Position numbers and translations under genes: made by a program. A stretch of DNA of 64,000 nucleotides from an uncultured Chlamydiae bacterium (GTDB lineage: Bacteria > Chlamydiota > Chlamydiia > Chlamydiales > Parachlamydiaceae). Positions 10,828 to 20,783 of the stretch are shown here, in pieces (positions within the stretch are counted from its first letter, which is position 1; each line of letters starts with the position of its first letter). The stretch covers positions 1-64,000 of the forward strand of contig CAWHMU010000040.1 in NCBI GenBank assembly GCA_963830365.1, in the 5' to 3' direction. A model generated the notes under the pieces. It was not told where the DNA came from and did no database searches. It saw nothing but the letters and a program-made list of their open reading frames with translations.

Positions 10828-13800
10828 ATGGATCTTTTTAAAATTTTCTTTAGCAATCAAGCCGAAAGGCTTTTCCTGGATTTCAAGGAACAGCTCTTTG
10901 CCACTTCCCACCCGCTAGCTAAACGCATCGTTATCGTCCCTAGTGCTGCCATGAAATCATGGCTCATGCTGCAAATGGCACAAGATGAGCAGCTCGGCAT
11001 TGCCGCCGGCATCGACATCGGCTTTGTCGAACCAACCCTCAAGCGGCTGTATACTTGGCTGGTAAAAAAACAAGATGCAGATGCCGATACTTACGAGCCT
11101 ACACCACTTGAACTGACCCTGGCATTGGAAAGCACCATCGACGAAATCGCCGCCACCTTTGAAAATCTGCCCCTGCAAGCACAGACTAGCTGGCGCCCGC
11201 TGCTGCAATATCTGGGTGCCTTGACACATGAACAATGTCATCCCACTAGGCGCAGCGCCAAACGGGCCGGGGCTTTGGCCGGGGCACTCTCCAAATTATT
11301 TACGGACTACGGCCGCTATGGCGGCCAGATGCTTGCCGCATGGGTTGAAAATGCAGGGCCAGCAGACTGGCAGCCGCTGCTGTGGGAAAAGATGGAGGTC
11401 CTCTTTCAGAAATGGAACTACCCCTACCGCAAATTGCAAGCGTGTGACATAGACACAGATCTTGATCCGGCGGATTTACAGGTGCATGTGTTCGGCTTAA
11501 GCTATCTATCCCCTCTTTATCACCGCTTCTTGCTGCAAATCGCCAAACACATACCCGTACATTACTATGTGCTGTCTCCCTGCCAGAAATTCTGGAGCGA
11601 CCTGCTTTCCGATAAGGAAAGTCTGCGCCTTAAAAAATATTGGCAGTACAAACAGGCTTCTATCACGCAACAGGATCTGCTCGAAGACTACCTGCGCGAT
11701 ACCAACCCCTTGCTGGCAAATTTCGGCCGCCTTGGTCGCGAAATGGCCAGCCAACTGGAAGCCGGCCAGCCCCTGCATGCCGAGAGATACGCCTTGCCCG
11801 CTGCCGTGCTGGCATATCCGTCTTATAGCGAATTATTGACTCCTGAGATCGAAATCCAAAAAAACGCCTCCACCCTCACCCTGCTGGAAGCGCTGCAGGC
11901 CGATATCGCTTTGCTAAGAAATCCCTCAGACTCCGATAAGATCCCTTTTGCAGCTTATGACGGCACCATCCAAATCCATGCCGCACCAAAACCCATGCGC
12001 GAAGTGCAGGTCGTCTATGATGCCATCATGCACATTATCGACAAGCACAGCCAAGACGCAGCGCCCATCCTGCCGGGCGAGATCGTCGTCATGGTCCCCG
12101 ACCTGGCCTCCTACCACCCCTTTATCCGCACGGTTTTTGAAGCGCCCGAAAGCCACCTGACTGCCCAGCTGATGGACCTGCAAATCCCTGCCCACCAGCC
12201 CTTCCTCCAGGCTTTCCTGCATCTGCTGCGCCTGCCGCTCGGTCGCTGGGACAGCCTTTCGCTGCTGCAGCTGTTTGCCTATCCAGCCTTCCAGTTGCGC
12301 CACCAGATCAAAGCCGATGAGATGCAGCTTATCCATGCGTGGGTCAAAAATGGCGGTATCTACTGGGGTAAAGACTCGTCCCATCGCAATGAACTGCTAA
12401 GACGCGACCATTGCGATAAGGAGATGGTCGAAGAGAGCGGACATGGCACCTGGGAGCATGGACTCGGCCGCCTGCTCGACGGGCTGGCGATGTCTGCAAA
12501 GCTGCAGGCGGTGGATGATGAGATGCCGTTTTCGCCTTTGGAACTCATCGACACCAATCAAGGGGAGTTTTTGGGCAGCTTGCTGCAGCTGCTGCGGTCG
12601 CTATTGGCAGATTTGAAGCCCCTCATGGATGATACCAAGCTGTCTTTAAGCGATTGGTCGGCCTACCTGCAATGCCTATGCGAAGCCTATCTCGACACCA
12701 CTGGCGATGGAGCCGAAGGCTATCAGCTATTGATGGAGCAGCTTGCGGCCATCCGCCAGGCTGACATCAGGCTGCATGGACGGCTGTTTGCCTTCCATTC
12801 CATCCGCCGCCAACTGGAGCAGTGCTTGCAGACCGAAACGATGGCCTACCGGGAATCCAATTTGCAGGCGGTGCGCTTTTGCTCCCTCCTGCCCATGCGC
12901 GCCGTGCCGGCCAAAGTCATCATGCTGATGGGCATGGGGGATGGCCAGTTTCCGCGCCACGATCAAACGCTGTCATTGAATCTATTGTCCGCCCATCCGC
13001 TGGGGGATTATTATCCCACCCAAACCGATTTCGACCGCTATCTGTTTCTGGAGGCGCTGCTTTCGGCCCGCCGCTATTTTATTGCCACCTATGTGTCGCA
13101 ACAGCCGGGCAATCCACAGGAGGAGCTGCCATCACTGCTGCTGACGGAGCTTTTGAGCTATATCGATAAAGCCTATTGCCTGCCATCAGGCATCCTTAGC
13201 CATGCTTGCTATCGCAAGCATCCGCTGTCGGCTTGCGATAAAAGCTATTTCGCTGCCGCCACCCCCTTTAAAAGCTACTCCTCAATTAACTATCTCGCCA
13301 GCCTGGCGCGCTATCAGCCGCAAAAGAACGCTCCCCACAGCTTCTTAGATGCTTGTATTCCCCATGTGGTTGATAACCAATCCGCCGAGATGCAGACGGC
13401 CGGCAATGACATCGTCGTAGAGCTGGCCGAGCTGGTAGCCTTTGCCAAAAATCCGCTGAAAGCCTATTTCAATAAAAACTTGGATATCTATTTCGAAAGG
13501 CAGGACGATCGTCGGATAAAAATTGAAGAGGAGATGCTCCTCTCCCGCCTCAATGCCTCCATCCTCTTGAAGGATGCTGTGCTGGCGCCAACCAATGCTT
13601 TGCTAAAGCGCGCCTCCAAAAACGGACAGCTGCCCAGCGGTCCATTTAGGGGGCTGGAATCAGCCCGCCTATCCGGCGAGATCGAAAGTTTAAGGGACAA
13701 CCTGGCAGCCCTTGGCGTCGACACCACGCAGCTCTTTGCCATTGAATTCAACGCGCGCCATGCTGCCGCCAAATCCACCGAAAAGGGATGGCAGCTGCCT

Positions 13801-14385
13801 CCTCTATGCGTCGATGTGCCGGCTGTTGGCCGCGTGCACATCGTCGGCCGTCTGGATATGGTGTCGGCACAGGGATTAATAGCCCTCGCCGAAGATGATG
13901 TCAAAGAAGTCATTAAACTCTGGCCCTTGTGGCTGGCCTTTTGCTGCCTAATCCAAACCCATGCCCTGCCCATAGCCGAGAGCCTATTGTTTGCCAAAGG
14001 CAAAAAGGGCAGCGCCAAAACGGCGCCATTAGATCAGCCAAAAGTACTGCTATCCCATTTCCTGGCCTACTATTTCAAAGGCTTAAAGAGCCCCTCCCCA
14101 TTAATGCCTGAATGTGTCACACCCATGCTGGCCGGCTCTTTCGATACAGTGCGCAAAGTGTTTCAAACTCCCGAAACTGACGAATTCGTCACGGTTTATG
14201 ATGCATGCCTCAAATGGCTTAGGCGCAGCTCGCCTAAGGCAGACGTCGATGCCGCCATGCCCGAGTGGCAGGCCATGGCCAAAACACTCTTTGTCGATAT
14301 GCATAAGGCCTGGTATCCGAAAAAACTGACAAAGACCGGAGATCAAAAGACCGGAGATCAAAAGACTGGAGATATCGATGCTTGA
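10828..14385 (+). CDS. recC: Exodeoxyribonuclease V gamma subunit
   Basis: IVIVPSAAMKSWL, NPLLANFGRLGR, REVQVVYD, FCSLLPMRAVP, DRYLFLEALLSAR. ATG at 10828; overlaps the recB start. Confidence 0.95.
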   Translation: MDLFKIFFSNQAERLFLDFKEQLFATSHPLAKRIVIVPSAAMKSWLMLQMAQDEQLGIAAGIDIGFVEPTLKRLYTWLVKKQDADADTYEPTPLELTLALESTIDEIAATFENLPLQAQTSWRPLLQYLGALTHEQCHPTRRSAKRAGALAGALSKLFTDYGRYGGQMLAAWVENAGPADWQPLLWEKMEVLFQKWNYPYRKLQACDIDTDLDPADLQVHVFGLSYLSPLYHRFLLQIAKHIPVHYYVLSPCQKFWSDLLSDKESLRLKKYWQYKQASITQQDLLEDYLRDTNPLLANFGRLGREMASQLEAGQPLHAERYALPAAVLAYPSYSELLTPEIEIQKNASTLTLLEALQADIALLRNPSDSDKIPFAAYDGTIQIHAAPKPMREVQVVYDAIMHIIDKHSQDAAPILPGEIVVMVPDLASYHPFIRTVFEAPESHLTAQLMDLQIPAHQPFLQAFLHLLRLPLGRWDSLSLLQLFAYPAFQLRHQIKADEMQLIHAWVKNGGIYWGKDSSHRNELLRRDHCDKEMVEESGHGTWEHGLGRLLDGLAMSAKLQAVDDEMPFSPLELIDTNQGEFLGSLLQLLRSLLADLKPLMDDTKLSLSDWSAYLQCLCEAYLDTTGDGAEGYQLLMEQLAAIRQADIRLHGRLFAFHSIRRQLEQCLQTETMAYRESNLQAVRFCSLLPMRAVPAKVIMLMGMGDGQFPRHDQTLSLNLLSAHPLGDYYPTQTDFDRYLFLEALLSARRYFIATYVSQQPGNPQEELPSLLLTELLSYIDKAYCLPSGILSHACYRKHPLSACDKSYFAAATPFKSYSSINYLASLARYQPQKNAPHSFLDACIPHVVDNQSAEMQTAGNDIVVELAELVAFAKNPLKAYFNKNLDIYFERQDDRRIKIEEEMLLSRLNASILLKDAVLAPTNALLKRASKNGQLPSGPFRGLESARLSGEIESLRDNLAALGVDTTQLFAIEFNARHAAAKSTEKGWQLPPLCVDVPAVGRVHIVGRLDMVSAQGLIALAEDDVKEVIKLWPLWLAFCCLIQTHALPIAESLLFAKGKKGSAKTAPLDQPKVLLSHFLAYYFKGLKSPSPLMPECVTPMLAGSFDTVRKVFQTPETDEFVTVYDACLKWLRRSSPKADVDAAMPEWQAMAKTLFVDMHKAWYPKKLTKTGDQKTGDQKTGDIDA

Positions 14386-17300
14386 TGCAGCGATCGGCGG
14401 CGTGGCCATCGCGCCATTTAATGTCCTCGACAGGCAGCAGCCCGTGCACCGCCATGCCCTGCTAGAAGCCTCGGCCGGCACCGGCAAAACCTTCGCCATT
14501 GAAAATGTCGTTGTGCGCCTATTGATCGAAAGCCATGCAGGCCAAGCCCCGCTGTCGCTGGAACAAATCCTGGTGGTTACCTTCACCAAAGCCTCAACGC
14601 GCGATCTCAAGCAGCGCATCCGCGCCAACCTGGAAAAAGCGCTGGCCATCTTCCGGCATTACCTCAACGGTGAGCCGGCAGCAGGAAGCTGTCCGGACTA
14701 TCTAATGGGATATCTTGAACAGGGTGAGACTGCCGTCGTGCAGGCTAAAAGGCTGGTCGAACAGGCGCTATTTTCCTTCGACCAAGCCCAGATCTTCACC
14801 ATCCACGGCTTCTGCTGGCGCATGCTCAGCAGCTATGCCATGGAAGGCGGCATCAGCCTGGAATCCGGCTGCCGGGAAGAACAGCCTCAGATCGGCGGCA
14901 GGCTGTTGCAGGTGGTGCGAGATTTCCTGCGCACCGAACTTGTCGCCGACGCCTACTCGGCGGCACAGCTCAAGATTATCCTTAGGCGTGCCAAACAACA
15001 GATCGACAAGCTGCAGGATGATCTTTTGGATGTCGTCAATAGAGGCATCGAAGTGCTGCCCGGTCCTTCCCTGGCAGAGCTTGTGCCGAAGTTTCAGCTG
15101 GCCATGCAGCACCTTAAGCAAAGCCATGACTTCCACTCAGAAAAGATCGTGGCAGACTTCCACACCCAGGTACCCGCCTACAAGGATTTGTGCAACATTA
15201 AAAAGCAGCTGCATCCGGAAATCCTGCACAAGGTACAGCGCTTTGCCGCCCTATTTGATAAAGAACAGTGGCAGCTAAGCGATCTGGACGGCCTGATCAC
15301 AGACGGCTTGTACTTGATCGAAGCGCTTGATCCAAGCCAGCTTAAAGCCAAGCACATGCCACTTGAAGCCAAGTCTCTGCATTACCCTTTTTTCAATCAG
15401 ATCGTTAAAGAGGCCCTCGGCACCATCTTGCAGCAGGCCGGTGATGAACAGGCGCTTTTTGCCCGCCTGGCCAGCGACTGCCAAAAGTTCGTACGCCGCT
15501 ATCAGACTGAAGAGGAACTGCTTGGCTTCACCGACCTGCTGCTGCAAATGCAACAGGCCATTAAGCATCCCGTCTTTGCCGCACGCGTGCGCAAAGCTTA
15601 TGCCGCCGCCATCGTCGATGAATTCCAGGATACCGATCCCATGCAATGGGATATCTTTGCCACCCTCTTTGCTTCCGTCAATACGCCGTGGCAGGGTTAT
15701 CTCTATCTGGTAGGAGATCCTAAACAGTCCATCTACGCCTTCCGCCAGGCCGACATCTACACTTATCTGGCGGCGCAGGCGCGCCTCGGCGATGGGGCGC
15801 TTGCCACCCTCGACACCAATTTCCGCTCGCAGCCCAAGCTGATCGAGGCCCTTAACATCCTGTTTTCAGCCGTCGACAGCCTATTTCCATTGCCTAAAAT
15901 TGCCGGTGCGTTGCCCTATCGCAATGTCAAAGCCGGCAAAGAAGGGCATAAGCGCCTGGCCGGCAGCGATGCCTGCCTGCATTTCTGGCTAGTACAGGGA
16001 GAGGGTAAAGCCAAAAGCTCTTACAAAGACTATGAGGAGTCATACTTCTTTCCGGCCATGGCCAAAGAGATCCTGCGTCTCAACACTCAGGATGGCTTGA
16101 AATTCAGCCAATGCGCCATCCTGGTCGCCGACCGCTATCAGGCTGAGCGGTTGGGGCGCTTCCTCAAAAGCTGCCATATTCCGGTAAAAAATCAGAAGGG
16201 CGATGACCTATCCGTCTCGCCGGCTGTCGAAGCCATGCGCGAGGTCCTAAGCGGCATCCTGCATTATCGGCAGAGCAGTCCTCTAAAGGTAGCCCTCGGC
16301 GGACGGATAATTGGCCTGACGCACGCCGACCTTGTGGCCTTGAATGATGAGGCAGGGCTTACCGCCATCATGCGCCAATGTGAACACTTGCGCCAAATCC
16401 TGCTGCAGCATGGGATCGGCCATTTCTATCTGCAGCTAATGCAAAGCACGTGGCATGCAAATAAGACTACTGAAAATGTCGCCGCACAAACTGTGGCTGA
16501 GCGCCTGCTCAGACAAACCGACGGATACGAATTTTATTGCCAATGTCAGGATGTCGCCGACCTGATCATCGGCGAACAGGCCAAACGCAATTGCTCCCCC
16601 GAAGCTATACTCGCATTTTTGGATGAACTCCCCATGCTGGCCGAACAGGGTGATGAAAGCATCAAGACCTATCTGGATGCCGATGAAGAGGGGGTATCCG
16701 TACTGACGACACATATCAGCAAAGGCCTGGAATTCGATGTGGTCTTCGCCCTCGGCCTAATCAACCGCAAAGTATCTGATAAGAAACTGATCCTAATTGA
16801 AGAGGACGATCGCCAATATCTGGCGGCGGCTATCCCAAACGATGCCCATCACCAACGCCACTGTCAGGAAATTGATGCCGAAAAGATGCGCCAGTTATAT
16901 GTCGCCCTGACACGCGCCAAATACCGTCTCTATATCCCTGTCGTCATGGCGCCAAGCGACACTGCCGTCCCCTTCGGCAGCGCCTCGCCGATGGATCTAT
17001 TCTTGGCCCGCCTCAACCAGCCAAAGGCCGACTATGCGGCCATATACGGGCGGCTGCAAGGCAACGACGGCTTTGTCTTAAGAGAGTTTGTCAATCGCAA
17101 TTCCGCTGTCATGCAGCTGACGGTATTGACTGAAGATTCGGCGACAGTACCCCCCCTGCCGGCCGCCCAGCCACCGGTATTACTCCCGCCGCCAACAGTG
17201 CTGATGCCGTCGTCGACATGCGTGATGCAGTCGTTCACCTCGCTGGCACATGCCAAAGGTGGCTTCAGCTTTGAAAATGCTGAGACACTGGCTGTGCCGC

Positions 17301-17938
17301 ATGATTTTGGCGTCGAACTAAAGACCGAACATACCCTGCCTTCCAGCAATGAAACAGGAGTGCTATTGCACCGCCTGCTGGAACTGCTGCCGCTTGGCTC
17401 CGTAAAGGAAATGCCTAATGCCGGCGCCCTGCTGCCCTGGCTGCGCCCTCTCCTCCAAAACACCCCTTTTGCCGCTTGGGAGCAGGTGCTGGCCAAGCTG
17501 CTCTGCCAGTCTTTACAGACTGAACTGCCGGGAAGTACTCCTCCCTTTTGCCTGGCCGATATCGCTGCCAAAAGCATGTATCGCGAAACCGAATTCCTCT
17601 TCGCCTGCCAGAAAGATACGCATTTTGAAAACGTGCCCCTGCGTCCCGGCTTCCTGAAAGGGGTGATCGATCTGTTCTTTGAACATCAAGGCAAATACTA
17701 TCTGCTCGATTGGAAATCCAACTGGCTAGGTCCAACCAACGCCTACTACCAAACAGCACATCTTGAAGTCGCCATGCGCGCCAACCAGTATGACCTGCAG
17801 GCCAAACTCTATGTCGAGGCCCTGCGGCGCTACCTTGCCATCTTCAATATCCCCTTTGAATCCGCCTTCGGAGGCGTCTATTACGTCTTCATGCGCGGCA
17901 TCGGCCCAGGCACAGGCATCTGGCAAGCTAAGTTTTAA
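14378..17938 (+). CDS. recB: Exodeoxyribonuclease V beta subunit
   Basis: EASAGTGKT, DEFQDTD, VGDPKQSIYAFRQAD, SKGLEF, LYVALTRA and the nuclease motif GVIDL...LDWKSN. Confidence 0.97.
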   Translation: MLDAAIGGVAIAPFNVLDRQQPVHRHALLEASAGTGKTFAIENVVVRLLIESHAGQAPLSLEQILVVTFTKASTRDLKQRIRANLEKALAIFRHYLNGEPAAGSCPDYLMGYLEQGETAVVQAKRLVEQALFSFDQAQIFTIHGFCWRMLSSYAMEGGISLESGCREEQPQIGGRLLQVVRDFLRTELVADAYSAAQLKIILRRAKQQIDKLQDDLLDVVNRGIEVLPGPSLAELVPKFQLAMQHLKQSHDFHSEKIVADFHTQVPAYKDLCNIKKQLHPEILHKVQRFAALFDKEQWQLSDLDGLITDGLYLIEALDPSQLKAKHMPLEAKSLHYPFFNQIVKEALGTILQQAGDEQALFARLASDCQKFVRRYQTEEELLGFTDLLLQMQQAIKHPVFAARVRKAYAAAIVDEFQDTDPMQWDIFATLFASVNTPWQGYLYLVGDPKQSIYAFRQADIYTYLAAQARLGDGALATLDTNFRSQPKLIEALNILFSAVDSLFPLPKIAGALPYRNVKAGKEGHKRLAGSDACLHFWLVQGEGKAKSSYKDYEESYFFPAMAKEILRLNTQDGLKFSQCAILVADRYQAERLGRFLKSCHIPVKNQKGDDLSVSPAVEAMREVLSGILHYRQSSPLKVALGGRIIGLTHADLVALNDEAGLTAIMRQCEHLRQILLQHGIGHFYLQLMQSTWHANKTTENVAAQTVAERLLRQTDGYEFYCQCQDVADLIIGEQAKRNCSPEAILAFLDELPMLAEQGDESIKTYLDADEEGVSVLTTHISKGLEFDVVFALGLINRKVSDKKLILIEEDDRQYLAAAIPNDAHHQRHCQEIDAEKMRQLYVALTRAKYRLYIPVVMAPSDTAVPFGSASPMDLFLARLNQPKADYAAIYGRLQGNDGFVLREFVNRNSAVMQLTVLTEDSATVPPLPAAQPPVLLPPPTVLMPSSTCVMQSFTSLAHAKGGFSFENAETLAVPHDFGVELKTEHTLPSSNETGVLLHRLLELLPLGSVKEMPNAGALLPWLRPLLQNTPFAAWEQVLAKLLCQSLQTELPGSTPPFCLADIAAKSMYRETEFLFACQKDTHFENVPLRPGFLKGVIDLFFEHQGKYYLLDWKSNWLGPTNAYYQTAHLEVAMRANQYDLQAKLYVEALRRYLAIFNIPFESAFGGVYYVFMRGIGPGTGIWQAKF

Positions 17939-17949
17939 AAGGAGTCATC

Positions 17950-19044
17950 ATGACAAGTAAACTTTTTAGTCCTTTAACCATCGGCCCGCTAACATTGTCC
18001 AACCGCCTGGTGGTCTCCCCCATGTGCCAATACAGTGCGCAGGCGGGCTCTGCCAACGACTGGCATCTGCAGCACCTCTCCAATCTCGGCTATTCAGGCG
18101 CTGCCCTGGTGATGGTCGAAGCCACCGGCGTCGAAGAGCGCGGCCGCATCACGCCCGGCTGTCTCGGCCTCTACTCCGATGCTAACGAAGACGCGCTCGC
18201 GCATGTGCTAGGCGTTGCCAGAAAATTCGCCCCCGCCACCCATTTCGGCATCCAGCTGGCCCATGCAGGCCGCAAAGCCTCTGCCAAAAGACCCTGGGAA
18301 GGGGGCAAGCCGCTGACTGAGGCGGAGGGCGCCTGGACATCTGTTGCGCCGTCGCCGCTGCCATTTGATGAGGGGTGGCCAACGCCTGACGCACTGGATG
18401 AGCAAGGCATGCAGCAGATCATGGCGGCCTTTACCCAAGCTGCCCAGCGCAGCGCCCGCATCGGCTTGGATCTGGTCGAAATCCATTCGGCACATGGCTA
18501 CCTGTTACATTCATTTCTATCCCCCATCGCCAACCGGCGCAAGGACCAATACGGCGGCAGCCTGGAAAACCGTATGCGCTTTCCGCTACAGGTCGTGCAG
18601 GCCGTGAAAAAGGTGCTACCGCCTCAGATGGCTTTAGGCTTGCGCCTCAGCGCCAGCGACTGGCTGGAAGGGGGATTTACATTGGATGAAGCCATAATCT
18701 ATGCCCGCCAATTGAAGCTGCTTGGCGTAGACTACATCTGTGCCTCCTCGGGTGGAATCATCCACCGCGTACAGATTCCGGTCGGACCAGGCTACCAGGT
18801 GCCCTTTGCCGCCGCCATCCGCCAAGGCGCCGGCATCACGACGCGCGCCGTCGGCATGATCAGAACGGCCGGCCAGGCCGAAGCCATCATCGCAGAGGAG
18901 AAGGCTGATTGCGTAGCACTGGCACGTGCCTTTCTAGACGACCCCAGGTGGGGCTGGCATGCCGCCGACCAGTTGGGTGCCGCTGTGGCTTATCCGCCGC
19001 AATATGCCCTCGCCCGCCAACCCAAATGGCTTGGCAAGGCATGA
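17950..19044 (+). CDS. NADH:flavin oxidoreductase (Old Yellow Enzyme, YqjM/NamA-like)
   Basis: NRLVVSPMCQY, IQLAHAGRK, HSAHGYLLHSFLSP, DQYGGSLENR. GGAG RBS upstream. Confidence 0.93.
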   Translation: MTSKLFSPLTIGPLTLSNRLVVSPMCQYSAQAGSANDWHLQHLSNLGYSGAALVMVEATGVEERGRITPGCLGLYSDANEDALAHVLGVARKFAPATHFGIQLAHAGRKASAKRPWEGGKPLTEAEGAWTSVAPSPLPFDEGWPTPDALDEQGMQQIMAAFTQAAQRSARIGLDLVEIHSAHGYLLHSFLSPIANRRKDQYGGSLENRMRFPLQVVQAVKKVLPPQMALGLRLSASDWLEGGFTLDEAIIYARQLKLLGVDYICASSGGIIHRVQIPVGPGYQVPFAAAIRQGAGITTRAVGMIRTAGQAEAIIAEEKADCVALARAFLDDPRWGWHAADQLGAAVAYPPQYALARQPKWLGKA

Positions 19045-19079
19045 TTCTAGAAATGCATATGGACTTTTGTGTAATTCTC

Positions 19080-20351
19080 TCATTTGCGGGATAACATATT
19101 GAAGCGAAGCCGTTTTGAGTCTTCCGAGCGGATAGGCATATGACAGCGATTGATAGTGTTAACCGGAAAGAAATCGGACATGGACGGGTTATCGGCCACA
19201 GGCTGACGTGGAATATCAATTCCGGCACCGGTCCTGCACCCTGGAAAGGGCTGGCTTGCCCCCCCAACCACATCATCAGCTTCGGACAAGGGTTGCAGCC
19301 CAAAGTCAGGCGAGGGCGAAGTTGTCCGATCCGGATTACCCGTTGTCTGGTTGGAAGCGTAAGTTCCCTCGGCTTGTTCCAAAGCAGGTATTTGGTCTTT
19401 AACATGCCGGTTGGAAAAGCTGGCCCCCCATTCCTCTTCCTTCAGCCGATACATTTTCCTATACATTATTAACTGCTGCTGTACGTTTAATGAATCTATC
19501 ATCATAAGGATCCCCTGGGATCTTCCTTTAGCGGTATTAAAGATTTTAAAGAGTCCCCCTTTTATAAACCTTTCAAGGATTTCCAATTTAACCTCGTCAT
19601 CATCAGACTCATACAAAACTTTAAAATCCGCTTTAAGTGCCTTAAAATCAGTTTTAAATCTTGGTTCCTGTTGATCTGTGCTATTGGAAAATAATCTGGC
19701 CAGCTCCTTAAAGATAGCATTGGGCATCTCTTCAATTAAAAGACTAGAAAAGGGAATCCTTACATTGACGGCAGGTATTTCAATTTGCGCAATTTTGTCT
19801 ATGATATGGCTGATTTCTTTCACCGAAAGACTGTCGGCGGCTTGTCCTGCTAATTTGTTTGATGCAGCCAGTGAGCCAAAAATCCCATCTTGCATTCTAG
19901 TCAATAATTGATGTTTATACTGCAGTCCGATCGCGGCTTTGTCTGGCAGGGCTAATTTTTTGTCTAATTCACAATGCTCAGTAGCATCGCTATTCTGCGC
20001 GTTTTCAGGCGATGTTAATTCTGATTTTTTTTCTGTCAACGCCACCATAGTTATATTACAAGCGGCATCTGATTTAGCAGCATCGTTCTTTAAATCGATG
20101 ATTTTATTTTTCAACTTTCTACCGATTTCATCCTTTCTATCCCACGATTTATTAAACAATTTCGCAAGATCCTCAGATATTATCTTGAACCTGTCTTCAA
20201 ATGAAAGATTGGCAAATGATGGGATTTCTGCCGCCTTGGTTACGTCCCAGCGACCTTGCATTTTTTCTCCTTTGTGCTCTTCAGCCAATTCCACAGGACC
20301 AGTTTGAAATGAGCGTCCAACGGCTGAAATATTGTGCATTGCTAAACTCAT
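19080..20351 (-). CDS. Hypothetical low-GC helical/coiled-coil protein (candidate secreted effector)
   Basis: 423 aa from the ATG at 20351 with a GGAG RBS. The track's upstream extension to 20468 runs into a repeat element. Visibly more AT-rich than its neighbours. Confidence 0.7.
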   Translation of the reverse strand: MSLAMHNISAVGRSFQTGPVELAEEHKGEKMQGRWDVTKAAEIPSFANLSFEDRFKIISEDLAKLFNKSWDRKDEIGRKLKNKIIDLKNDAAKSDAACNITMVALTEKKSELTSPENAQNSDATEHCELDKKLALPDKAAIGLQYKHQLLTRMQDGIFGSLAASNKLAGQAADSLSVKEISHIIDKIAQIEIPAVNVRIPFSSLLIEEMPNAIFKELARLFSNSTDQQEPRFKTDFKALKADFKVLYESDDDEVKLEILERFIKGGLFKIFNTAKGRSQGILMMIDSLNVQQQLIMYRKMYRLKEEEWGASFSNRHVKDQIPALEQAEGTYASNQTTGNPDRTTSPSPDFGLQPLSEADDVVGGASQPFPGCRTGAGIDIPRQPVADNPSMSDFFPVNTINRCHMPIRSEDSKRLRFNMLSRK

Positions 20352-20425
20352 ACGACTCTCCTGCCTATGCCTTAAATGTATTGTAGATAAGGTATTAATA
20401 GATCTCAATGCAAGTGTTTTTAAAA

Positions 20426-20624
20426 GGTTCATCGCACAAGTGAGTACCTGCCCATGATGATTCGTCAAAAAGCCTTAGTAATTGATGGTTGAAATATGAG
20501 AAGTAATGATCTATTTGTAATGTTCTCTTTGAAACAAATCGGCATTCTAGCACAGAAGGTCTAGTTAGCCTCGATAGAGGCGGAAGCATATCGCCATAGG
20601 TGTCAACCTATAGAATAAAATGTA
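20426..20624. repeat. Truncated copy of composite element (family A left end plus half of a family B REPIN)
   Basis: ~199 bp homologous to 56339-56536. Homology ends at a TA where TATACCATGATCT (family D end) begins. Confidence 0.85.
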
Positions 20625-20783
20625 TACCATGATCTTACCCATTTTTCCCTACGCCCGTCAGTCGTTTGTGCTTATGGTGCGCAAAACATGCAATTCCTAT
20701 GGATTTTTGTGCGCTACTGACTTATATTTATATCCTTAGAACTACCAATTGATACCGATCCCGCAATTTTTTAGAGAGTTTCC

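Noticed and set aside
14331..14375. 15 bp x3 tandem repeat at the recC 3' end (KTGDQ); similar short duplications in the hydA N-terminus (38034-38066) and umuC (GTNP)
   Set aside because: These are in-frame slippage duplications in terminal or loop regions, with no sign of a phase-variation role.
20352..20468. N-terminal extension of the 19080-20468 ORF
   Set aside because: It begins inside a family A repeat, and a better ATG with an RBS exists at 20351.
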